Shown: positions 31,074 through 39,119 of the stretch, piece after piece
Layout of the letters: every line of letters begins with the position of its first letter
How positions within the stretch are numbered: position 1 is the stretch's first letter
Virus record (IMG/VR): IMGVR_UViG_3300029868_000025
Length of the DNA: 40,756 nt
From: a virus
Reading direction: 5' to 3' (one strand)
Made by a program: the position numbers and the translations under genes
The notes under the pieces: model-generated
Databases searched by the model: none
Told to the model about the DNA's origin: nothing
Seen by the model: only the letters and a program-made list of their open reading frames with translations

Positions 31074-31793
31074 ATGGCTTTCATAGCTTATAAAAATGAG
31101 TTGCGCCAAAAGTCATCAACAGGCTGGACGCAATTCAACAAAGCTGTAGACGGCAAAGGAACCACGTATGCAACGCTGGGCACTAATGCAATATTTACAT
31201 ATGACTTTCTGCAAGAGACAACGTTAAATACCATTTGCTTTTATAATCACGATATATATTCAGCAGGACGCTTTGTGCGCCTTTATTCAAAGTCAACGCC
31301 AGGTGGGTCGGTATCTGAAATAACGAATTTTTACCCAAGCGAGGACGGAACATACGTAAGAAGATTTGCTGAAATTCAATCATATGGAATATGGCTTGCA
31401 TTTTTTGGCAACCCAGAAGATGTGCATTTTACAGATGTGTTTTTAGGGAAGTCTTTGGAGTTAGAGCAAGGCATGCCAAAAGGCTTTATACCACCCGACC
31501 AATACGATCAGGATGTTTTAAGCGCAGGCATTTTAGGGAGCGCTCCGGTTGATGGCGTTAACATCATTCGCAAGCCCAAGCGCTGCAAAATACCATTAAA
31601 GAATTATACGAGCGCTTGGTTTTCTGATAACTGGGCCGATTTAATAGCAGGGCTAAAGCAATACCCCGCTTATTTTTCATGGGATGACAGCGAAAAGCCT
31701 ATGTATTGTTGGTTGGCCAAAAAAGCCCCTCTACCAGTTTACACAGCTAACACCAGGCAAAGCGCCACTTTAGATGTAGAAGGGTTTGTCTAA
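31074..31793 (+). CDS. Distal tail protein, paralog 1
   Basis: Follows the tape measure. Shares motifs with the next gene: GMPKGFIPPDQ, CKIPLKNY..SWF, YPAYFSW. Confidence 0.6.
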   Translation: MAFIAYKNELRQKSSTGWTQFNKAVDGKGTTYATLGTNAIFTYDFLQETTLNTICFYNHDIYSAGRFVRLYSKSTPGGSVSEITNFYPSEDGTYVRRFAEIQSYGIWLAFFGNPEDVHFTDVFLGKSLELEQGMPKGFIPPDQYDQDVLSAGILGSAPVDGVNIIRKPKRCKIPLKNYTSAWFSDNWADLIAGLKQYPAYFSWDDSEKPMYCWLAKKAPLPVYTANTRQSATLDVEGFV

Positions 31794-32518
31794 TGGCTTT
31801 ATTCGCTTATGATAATCTATTGAGAGCAGCAACAATAGACAGCGAGGTTTCTGAAAATAGCTTTTCATATTCCGTTGATGGGGCGGGCTTTAGTTTTGCT
31901 GGCGTTTTGGCTGATGGCTATGCGGTGTTTGATCTTGATAGCGCAAAAGCAATTGATACCATATGTTTACAGGGTCACAACTTCGCTACGGTTGGCGCGT
32001 CAATTAAAATTGAAGTATCTAGCGATAACTCCACATATATAGACAAAGGAACGTTTACACCTTTATCTAATGGCGTTGTGCTTTATTCAATAACCAGCAC
32101 TACTTATCGATATGTAAAAATCACAATATTAAACCATACCGGCACAGCCTATATAAACAATCTATTTGTCGGTGAGGCGCTGCAATTGCCTGGCGGGATG
32201 CAAAAAGGGTTTGTGCCACCAGATCAGTGCGACAGTGACACAGTAAAGGCTAATCTAACGGCTAACGGTCTTCTAGTTGGGCTTGATGTCACAGAGAACC
32301 CAATAGTTTGCAAAATACCTTTGATCAACTTTGATCGCTCGTGGTTCAAGTCGAATTGGCTTGGTTTTGTCGAGTCTGTGAAACTATACCCGGCTTACTT
32401 TTTGTGGGAAGCGGGCGCGCAACCTATTTATTTTAAATTCAACAAAAAGCCGCCAGTGCCAAAATTTACTACACACCTACATGAAAGTGTGACAATTTCC
32501 ATAGAGGGGGTTATCTAG
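31793..32518 (+). CDS. Distal tail protein, paralog 2
   Basis: GMQKGFVPPDQ, CKIPLINF..SWF, YPAYFLW. ATG overlaps the upstream stop. Confidence 0.6.
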   Translation: MALFAYDNLLRAATIDSEVSENSFSYSVDGAGFSFAGVLADGYAVFDLDSAKAIDTICLQGHNFATVGASIKIEVSSDNSTYIDKGTFTPLSNGVVLYSITSTTYRYVKITILNHTGTAYINNLFVGEALQLPGGMQKGFVPPDQCDSDTVKANLTANGLLVGLDVTENPIVCKIPLINFDRSWFKSNWLGFVESVKLYPAYFLWEAGAQPIYFKFNKKPPVPKFTTHLHESVTISIEGVI

Positions 32519-34125
32519 TGTCATATGCAACGCAAAGAGACAAGCTAACCCGCACACCAAAGATTATTGTAAAACTTGAGCTAGATAATTCTATATCTGA
32601 TTCTGGCGAAGAGTGGCATTGTTTTGGTGCTACCCCGATTGGTCAATTCTTTTACCCGCACGAGGCGAAAGGCGGCTACTCAGTAACGCCGACAAGGATG
32701 GCAATTGCTTCTGGTTTGGGTTTTCGTGGCCATGTTAAATTAAAGTTTAAAGACTTCTCTATAGGTAGCGCCGGATCATACTTTCCCAAGCTGGTTGCAG
32801 CAAATGAGTATTATCTTGATAGGAAGATAAAAATATATACAGGTTTTTATAACAAGGGTGATACTTTCGACATTGCCGACTTCAAAGAGCATTTGTATTT
32901 TATAAAGAAAATCGAAGGCCCAGACGCAAGAGGTAATGTAACAATAACGGCAGCTGACCCGCTAACATTATTGGACGATGACCAAGCCCAAGCGCCAGCA
33001 CCAAGCGACGGCGTGCTTGCAGGGGCGCTAACTGATTCCGCGACAGGCACGCTAGATATAACCGATAACACAGGGTTTAGCGCTTCTGGCGGCGTTGCCA
33101 ATCTCGACGGCGAGCTTGTGCGGTATTCCGGTATATCAGGCGGCACTTCTATTGTAACAACTGAGCGCGGCGCGTTTGGATCGGAAGCAAAAGCGCACGA
33201 CAGCGGCGACAGCGTTCACAATTCTTATTATGTCGAGAGTGCAAACGTTGTTGATGTTATCCGCTCCCTAATTGAAGATTATTCGCCAATCGACCACGCA
33301 AGCTATATTCCTGATGCAGATTGGAACACTCAGCGTGACGATTTCCTTGTCGGTGAGTTAGTTACTGGCGTTATATCCGAGCCATCGAATGTAAAGGAAA
33401 TCATAGAGAGCCTATGTGAGCAGGCTTATTGCTCGGTGTGGTGGGATGACGTGGCGCAGGAAATAAAGCTAAAAGCAATTGGCCCAACGCCAACGCCAAA
33501 CGTAACGCTAAATAAAACAGAACATATTTTAGAGGACGGCGAAAAGCAGAAGCGCGACCCCACCAAGGCAATCACTGAAGTGTGGATATATTACGGGCGT
33601 AGAGATCATTCGAAAGGTAAAGCCGACCCCAGTAACTACGAATACAGACACATAGCCGTAGACGCAGACGCGACGACAGGACACGGAAAGCCCAAAGTTA
33701 AAAAGATTTACGCTAGTTTCATTCCGGGGTCGGGCGCATCTAGTGCCAGTAAATTAGGCAGCAGAATCTTAGCGCAGAATAAAACAGGCGAGCACAAATA
33801 TGAAATGCAGCTTGATGTTAAAGACGCAGATACAGCGGTAGGTGATACCGCGACGATTGAGACGAATTTAATCCAAGACACAAACGGCGCGCCATTGCCT
33901 TCTGATTTTATGATTGTAGAAAAGCAGCCAATTACGCCAACAAAATACAAATATACCGGCATTAAAACAGGCTGGCTAGTAGGCGCTAAGTATGGGCTGG
34001 TTGCGCCTAATTCGATGGCTGATTACACATCCGCAAGTCAGGCCGACCGGCTTAAGTATGCATTTGTTGCTGACACCTCATCCGAAGAGATGAGTAATGG
34101 CGACGTCCCAAGCTTAATTATATGA
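32518..34125 (+). CDS. Tail tip / host-specificity-like protein (535 aa, GTG start)
   Basis: Position in the tail module. The GELVRYSGISGG...TERGAFGSEAKAHDSGDSV motif resembles that of phage tail tip proteins. Confidence 0.6.
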   Translation: MSYATQRDKLTRTPKIIVKLELDNSISDSGEEWHCFGATPIGQFFYPHEAKGGYSVTPTRMAIASGLGFRGHVKLKFKDFSIGSAGSYFPKLVAANEYYLDRKIKIYTGFYNKGDTFDIADFKEHLYFIKKIEGPDARGNVTITAADPLTLLDDDQAQAPAPSDGVLAGALTDSATGTLDITDNTGFSASGGVANLDGELVRYSGISGGTSIVTTERGAFGSEAKAHDSGDSVHNSYYVESANVVDVIRSLIEDYSPIDHASYIPDADWNTQRDDFLVGELVTGVISEPSNVKEIIESLCEQAYCSVWWDDVAQEIKLKAIGPTPTPNVTLNKTEHILEDGEKQKRDPTKAITEVWIYYGRRDHSKGKADPSNYEYRHIAVDADATTGHGKPKVKKIYASFIPGSGASSASKLGSRILAQNKTGEHKYEMQLDVKDADTAVGDTATIETNLIQDTNGAPLPSDFMIVEKQPITPTKYKYTGIKTGWLVGAKYGLVAPNSMADYTSASQADRLKYAFVADTSSEEMSNGDVPSLII

Positions 34126-34132
34126 GGTATTT

Positions 34133-35083
34133 ATGACAGGTTATACAGGCATAACAACGGCCCAGATAGATACTGATAGCCCAATTGTAGAGGCGACATT
34201 AACAGCTTTGCGGGATGATCCTCTTGCAATGTTCGAAGGGGCGGCGGGTGCGCCTAGGTTGCAGACTGCGGCTATGGATAGTGCAATTGTAACGCTCGAT
34301 AAGATGGCGGCTAATTCCGTTGATCAATCACAGGTAGTGGCGGGAGCTATTCACCAGGCAGAATTAAGCACTTCAACCGGCTCTGTTTCTGTAGCGTTGG
34401 GGGCGGCTCAGGATTTGATTTTACCTGGCGGGTCATATGGGTTTTTTCCGCAAGCGGAGGCGGTGGGCAGCACTGGTGGCTTTATTTTCGCAATGAGAAT
34501 GCTAGAAAGCTCCCCGTTACTGGCGGCAGATGGCCAAGTGACAGCCATTCAATTAGAGCAAGTGTCCGGTCACGCCTCAATAACACTCCACGCTCACCAA
34601 CGATATATAAACTCATCACCACCCTATAACCTAGGAGATGGTGATATACCGCTGTTTCACTTCGGCTTGCTGCGCGATGGCGTTATTGTTGCAACGTATA
34701 CGGCAGACGTTCCGCCATGGGGATACAATGGTCCTACCAGCGTTAGAGCTGACGCAACCAACAGGCAGGGAAAGAAATTCAGGCGCAAGCGCACAATAGA
34801 CAAAAGGCGCGGCAAAGTGGTTACCGAAATGGAAGAAATAACCCACACAATCAAAAACGCCGACATGGGGTTAATTCCCCACCCATTCCTAAGCAAAAAG
34901 GAAGGCGACGAAGTAATTCTATTAAATCCACCAGAAACCAGCGATCTTCTTGATATGCACGAGGCAGGCGAATCGATAGCGCAGTTATTCAAGGATGATT
35001 ATTTGAGGCTAGATAATGCTGACTTAGCCAGGGCAACACCGAGCGGCGTTAAGGCATGTCGATATAGATGGAAGAGTACTTAA
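34133..35083 (+). CDS. Tail-associated protein (316 aa)
   Basis: Last gene of the tail module. N-terminal ITTAQIDTDSPIVEATLTALRDDPLAMFEG motif is common in fibre-like proteins. Confidence 0.55.
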   Translation: MTGYTGITTAQIDTDSPIVEATLTALRDDPLAMFEGAAGAPRLQTAAMDSAIVTLDKMAANSVDQSQVVAGAIHQAELSTSTGSVSVALGAAQDLILPGGSYGFFPQAEAVGSTGGFIFAMRMLESSPLLAADGQVTAIQLEQVSGHASITLHAHQRYINSSPPYNLGDGDIPLFHFGLLRDGVIVATYTADVPPWGYNGPTSVRADATNRQGKKFRRKRTIDKRRGKVVTEMEEITHTIKNADMGLIPHPFLSKKEGDEVILLNPPETSDLLDMHEAGESIAQLFKDDYLRLDNADLARATPSGVKACRYRWKST

Positions 35084-35535
35084 CCTTTGCACCAGTTTTT
35101 ACGCTTCCCCCCGTGGTATGGCCTAGCCTGGCCTTTTTCGATCAAGTAAGCGGCTAGATTGTGCCCGTCAACGTAGACATCGGCTAGCAGTCTAAAATAC
35201 TTCCCTCGCTTAATATTCCTTAGCTCCAGTTCCTTTGTTTGCCTCAATGCGCCAACTGTAAATTGTTTAGCCTTTTGTGCCATTCGTCGTTCGCGACTTT
35301 TGGCGTCTGCGGTCTTGCACTTGCTTTTCATCTCCGGCGCATCAATCCCGTTTATCCTTACGCTAATTCGCTCACCAGCAACGGCAGGCCAGCCAGGAAC
35401 TGTTATGGTGAACGTGTCTGCGTCATAGATGCTTGTCACGGCACTAGATGGTAATTTAAGGTTACCGTATGATTTGGCCGCGAAAGACTGTGAGCAGGCA
35501 AGGAGGGCGCATAAGGTTAGGGTTAATCTAATCAT
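35080..35535 (-). CDS. Secreted or lipoprotein thermonuclease (staphylococcal nuclease/SNase family)
   Basis: Signal MIRLTLTLCALLAC. Motifs YDADTF, RINGIDAPE and GKYFRLLADVY correspond to SNase Ca/catalytic motifs. Confidence 0.85.
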   Translation of the reverse strand: MIRLTLTLCALLACSQSFAAKSYGNLKLPSSAVTSIYDADTFTITVPGWPAVAGERISVRINGIDAPEMKSKCKTADAKSRERRMAQKAKQFTVGALRQTKELELRNIKRGKYFRLLADVYVDGHNLAAYLIEKGQARPYHGGKRKNWCKG

Positions 35536-35939
35536 TGGGCTGGCTCAGCGCTTTCTATCGACTTCTTGACTGACATAGGGTTATCTATCGACTTAAATAA
35601 CATTCCGCTAATGCCTGTGCCCGTCACCTCGACGTCTCCATAACCCAGCATCCTACCCAATATACCTTGCTTAATCTCCACGGTTTCAACTGATGTTAAT
35701 TTAACCTCTTCAGTTTTTCGTGAAATTATCCCTGTTTTATAAATAACGCGCTTATTAGTTACGCCTTGCTCTATCGCTTTAAGAGACAAGTAGGCATAGA
35801 CGGCAAATATTAAAGTTATTCCCAAGGTGAGAGGGGCCAAGATTATACAAAGCACCATGACTATATAGGCCGTCCAATGGTGTTTGAATTTCTCGTATAT
35901 TATCTCGCCCTTAGAAAGCGACTCTTCAATGTAGGCCAT
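35532..35939 (-). CDS. Membrane protein with bacterial PH domain (bPH_2/YdbS-like)
   Basis: Two TM helices followed by VTNKRVIYKTG...VEIKQGILGRMLGYGDVEV...IDNP. ATGA coupling to the nuclease gene. Confidence 0.75.
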   Translation of the reverse strand: MAYIEESLSKGEIIYEKFKHHWTAYIVMVLCIILAPLTLGITLIFAVYAYLSLKAIEQGVTNKRVIYKTGIISRKTEEVKLTSVETVEIKQGILGRMLGYGDVEVTGTGISGMLFKSIDNPMSVKKSIESAEPAQ

Positions 35940-36031
35940 CGTTTATTATCCTTAATCTGATTGTGGAATGTGGATATTAGGCTAAGGACAAAATAGAGTC
36001 AATTTTGCTTACTATGGATGGGGGCTGGTCA

Positions 36032-36544
36032 CTACTCGCAGTCTTTTGCCACCTTCGTGCAAATCCCCTCACCTAGTATCATTATCCGCTCAATTATACT
36101 GTCCAAATTAGTGTATAAATCAATCAGCGTTTTTTCGCTGTGCTTGTCGTGATCTCCGTTGCTTACACCTTCTATATCCTCAATCGCAGCGTTCAACAGT
36201 CCGTAGAATTCAACAATCTCGCCTGCTAGGCCATACTCCAGTACACCAAGTTTTTGTATGTTTGCGTCGTATGCTTTCGAGTAAGACCGCCTTACATGGG
36301 CGCTAAAGGATGCGGTGGAACTATCTCGCTTAAGGTTTGCTATGTGCGACTGTATGTGTTGCTGGTATTGCCTCTTTTTTATCAGCTTGCAGACCATGCC
36401 GATTTCACCGGAAATTACGACGGCAATACTTCTGGCTTCAAGAGTTTTTTTGCGATTGTCCAGTATATAGGTTGCCCCAACTGAGCTACAAAAAGCGATA
36501 AGTCCGCCCACGATAGTTCCTAATAGTGCCGACATTTTCCACAT
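36032..36544 (-). CDS. Membrane-anchored hypothetical protein (170 aa)
   Basis: N-terminal TM ALLGTIVGGLIAFCSSVGATYIL followed by a helical soluble domain. First gene of the cassette next to attP. Confidence 0.6.
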   Translation of the reverse strand: MWKMSALLGTIVGGLIAFCSSVGATYILDNRKKTLEARSIAVVISGEIGMVCKLIKKRQYQQHIQSHIANLKRDSSTASFSAHVRRSYSKAYDANIQKLGVLEYGLAGEIVEFYGLLNAAIEDIEGVSNGDHDKHSEKTLIDLYTNLDSIIERIMILGEGICTKVAKDCE

Positions 36545-36643
36545 CCTTTGTTAATTGATTGGCGGTCATTTTCGCCCGAAACGCACATTAACTCAAATAC
36601 CCCTAGATTCCTTTTTAATCAACGAGTTGCATTCACGAGTACT

Positions 36644-36693
36644 TTACAATGGGGTTGTAGGGGTCGAAGGTTCAAATCCTTTCGCCCCGACCA
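36644..36693 (+). other. attP core: 3' 50 nt of a tRNA-Pro gene (anticodon arm to CCA), not a complete tRNA
   Basis: TTACA-ATGGGGT-TGTAG anticodon arm (GGG, G37), GGGTC, GAAGG-TTCAAAT-CCTTT T-arm, CGCCCCG-A-CCA. No matching 5' acceptor or D-arm upstream. Confidence 0.75.
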
Positions 36694-36698
36694 ATTGA

Positions 36699-36714
36699 CG
36701 CGGGTTGCAGTGTT
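36699..36714 (+). repeat. Direct repeat CGCGGGTTGCAGTGTT (copy 1; candidate Int arm-type site)
   Basis: Recurs with a 1-nt deletion at 36851..36865. Confidence 0.7.
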
Positions 36715-36724
36715 AAGGGATACT

Positions 36725-36749
36725 AACCGCACACAAACCGCACACAAAC
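36725..36749 (+). repeat. Tandem 11-bp repeat (AACCGCACACA)x2 plus AAC
   Basis: Read directly; one helical turn period, within the attP arm. Confidence 0.85.
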
Positions 36750-36808
36750 TAAGATTTTAAAGAATTATGTCTTGTTTTGGTACGTAGCAATACTTAAACG
36801 GCGTAATG

Positions 36809-36832
36809 AAAAAAAAGGGGCTGAAGAGCCCC
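36809..36832 (-). terminator. Rho-independent terminator, minus strand only
   Basis: GGGGCT-cttc-AGCCCC followed by TTTTTTTT on the minus strand. Confidence 0.7.
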
Positions 36833-36850
36833 TTCCCCCATTGAGTTTTC

Positions 36851-36865
36851 CGCGGGTTGCGTGTT
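36851..36865 (+). repeat. Direct repeat CGCGGGTTGCGTGTT (copy 2)
   Basis: Matches 36699..36714 apart from a one-base indel. Confidence 0.7.
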
Positions 36866-36948
36866 CAATGTATTGTTGATGGAGATGGCGCTTATAATTT
36901 ATGTAGCGTCACAATTGGTTTTCGCTATTCGGAAACAGGACTTGGGAT

Positions 36949-37830
36949 TTGACTACAACGATATTTAGGAAGCGGCACAAAAAGCCTGCAGTAATGGCCT
37001 CTGACACCCGGGTAAGCTACCTGAACAGCAACGGAAAGATAGCAAAATGGGACGATGTCGATGAGTTCTTGAAGTGCGTTGATATTGGCGGGGTTTTGTA
37101 CGGATTTGCTGGAACCAATATAATATTCGCTGAATTTTTGAAAGAGTATGATCTAATAATTAATAGATCTGATTTTTGGCTTGATTCACTTGTTGAATTT
37201 GCTAAACATATTGGGGTTCAGTTTTACATTATGCGATATGACGGGAGTTTGCAGTTGTTTGCATATTCTCGCGCTGATCCAGGAAGCGATCAGCCAGAGA
37301 TCAAGAGGACATCCAGAGATCAAGCTGTTAACAGTAAGACTTTTGCTATTGGGTCTGGCCGATTCTCCAAAATGTATAAGGAGAATAAGGGCAAGGGAGG
37401 GGCGCAGCTGCCAATTCGCAGGATAGTTGGTGCCAATCTCAAAGCGATAGCACGTTGTAACCTTAAAGATGTGGTAAAAAAAGCTAAAAATGCTACTCTG
37501 AATGATAAGGAATCCGAAAAAATAGCTTTTGCGTGCTACGAGGAGGGTGGGGATTTACCCACTGGTGGCAAGATTAATATGACTACTAAACAGAGTGATA
37601 TTCAAATGGAAAGAGAGCTTGTGGGTGAGCAGGTTAAACTCCTGGAGGGGTTGGAAGATGCAGCCTCATCGAATGATTTACGTTGCGCTAGCCCGTTTGA
37701 CGCCGCTGAAGAGGCCGCGCGCCTTAACAGTATGGGGCAAGTAGTATGCAGTGATTATACTCCAGAGCAAACGGACGAGTTTATTGCGCTACAACAGAAG
37801 TTAGCGAAGTCAGTTGGTCGGTATTTCTAA
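36949..37830 (+). CDS. HslV/proteasome-beta-like Ntn threonine peptidase with ~80-aa C-terminal extension
   Basis: TTG start with an AGGA RBS 8 nt upstream gives M-TTTIF. Motifs AVMASDTRVS, YGFAGT, FAIGSG and GGDLPTGGKINM parallel HslV TTIV, IAGDGQAT, GFAGG, AIGSGG and the proteasome D..SGG. Confidence 0.7.
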   Translation: MTTTIFRKRHKKPAVMASDTRVSYLNSNGKIAKWDDVDEFLKCVDIGGVLYGFAGTNIIFAEFLKEYDLIINRSDFWLDSLVEFAKHIGVQFYIMRYDGSLQLFAYSRADPGSDQPEIKRTSRDQAVNSKTFAIGSGRFSKMYKENKGKGGAQLPIRRIVGANLKAIARCNLKDVVKKAKNATLNDKESEKIAFACYEEGGDLPTGGKINMTTKQSDIQMERELVGEQVKLLEGLEDAASSNDLRCASPFDAAEEAARLNSMGQVVCSDYTPEQTDEFIALQQKLAKSVGRYF

Positions 37831-37842
37831 TGCTGTTAGGTA

Positions 37843-37882
37843 AATACAGCCCCTAGCTAGACAGTAGTCTAAAGGCTGTATT
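37843..37882. terminator. Hairpin between convergent peptidase and int genes
   Basis: AATACAGCC...GGCTGTATT stem with an inner AGAC-agta-GTCT stem. Confidence 0.4.
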
Positions 37883-37892
37883 CATGATTTTA

Positions 37893-39080
37893 TCAAAAAC
37901 TCCCCCCAAGCACTTTCTCCGATATCGTCATATCAATATCAGTCCATTGTATTTCATGCCCTGCCTGGTAATGCTCCGTCATTTCAGCATCGGTGTGCGC
38001 CATTAATTCCTGCACTCGCCCAATATCATAACCAGCCTTTCCATAAAGGTGGCTACCCAGTGCGCGTATCTCGTGGAAGGTCGGTTTTTGGCGTTTCTCT
38101 AATCCAGAAAATAGGCCGGTAGCGTCTCTGGCCTCAACAAAGGCATCAGAAAATATGCGGGGCAATACTTGGCAATGGTGGGTCTTTTTACCCATTACCC
38201 TTTTTTGCGGCAGCCGGTTGATGACGTAAGGGCAGCGGTAATGCTTCAATGATAGCTCTCGCGCTCTCGCTATGAGTTCGCGTAACATTGGGTTATCGCT
38301 CAAATCCCATCGCAGGTTGGCCCCTTCGCCATTTTCGGCCTTTTCGTGGCTTTTAGAAATACCCTTACATAATTGATCGTTGACTATGTGCCGGTCAAAT
38401 TTAAGGTAAACAATATCGCCTCTCCGCATGGTGGTAAGTAGGCTGATCCCCATTCCTATCTGTAAGTAATCTAAACCGAGCTCGCCAGCTTTCTCGTAAA
38501 TTTTCCAAAAGCTCTCTTTGTCGAGTCGCTGTCTTTCCTTTTTAGGTAGTGGCTTCATTAGTACGCGAGGGCGATCATCGGCAGTGGTGAATGGGTTGCC
38601 TTTAAGTAGAGGCACAACATCCTTAGACATTAGCCAGTTAAAAAATTTATTGAATTCAGAGCGTCTTGAGCGCTGAGCGTATCCGGTTAAGTGGTCCCAC
38701 CAATTTTGTATAGAGATAAGGTCTAGGTGGCTAATTGGGGTGGTGGTAAATTCGGTGGCAAACTGCCGCAAATAGCCTCCGCGAGTCTTCCATGATTCCT
38801 TAGCTTGTAGCGATGGGTCGAGCTTTTCTCTATAAGCCTCGTAATCAAGAGCGTATTTAATCACCGAATCTCTTCGTGGGGGAGGGGCTTTCATCATCCC
38901 CTTTTCTTTATTGGTGGCGTTCGCAACCTCCACGGCATCCTCTAGGGTTGCGTGAAAAATCTTCTCTGTGCCGTCTCGCCTCTTGTAGCGCCAATAATTT
39001 ATTCGCCCTTTGGGGTCTTTATATAGGTTGTCAGGCAATAGAATGCCGTCCACAAACCTAGGCTTCTTAGGTCGTGCCAT
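37893..39080 (-). CDS. int: Tyrosine integrase (lambda Int-like)
   Basis: FHEIRALGSHLYGKAGY...VQELMAHTDAEMTEHYQAGH parallels lambda THELRSLSARLY...LLGHKSDTMASQYR. Confidence 0.95.
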   Translation of the reverse strand: MARPKKPRFVDGILLPDNLYKDPKGRINYWRYKRRDGTEKIFHATLEDAVEVANATNKEKGMMKAPPPRRDSVIKYALDYEAYREKLDPSLQAKESWKTRGGYLRQFATEFTTTPISHLDLISIQNWWDHLTGYAQRSRRSEFNKFFNWLMSKDVVPLLKGNPFTTADDRPRVLMKPLPKKERQRLDKESFWKIYEKAGELGLDYLQIGMGISLLTTMRRGDIVYLKFDRHIVNDQLCKGISKSHEKAENGEGANLRWDLSDNPMLRELIARARELSLKHYRCPYVINRLPQKRVMGKKTHHCQVLPRIFSDAFVEARDATGLFSGLEKRQKPTFHEIRALGSHLYGKAGYDIGRVQELMAHTDAEMTEHYQAGHEIQWTDIDMTISEKVLGGSF

Positions 39081-39119
39081 GATAAGTAATCCTTGTTTTT
39101 GTACGTAGCGCGAGCGAAT

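Noticed and set aside
36618-36693. Possible complete tRNA gene
   Set aside because: Only the anticodon arm, variable loop, T-arm and 3' acceptor are present. The upstream 26 nt cannot form the CGGGGCG acceptor strand or a D-arm.
36548-36760. 70-aa plus-strand ORF
   Set aside because: It runs straight through the tRNA-Pro fragment and the att repeats, has no RBS, and its translation is low-complexity. It is better explained as attP DNA.
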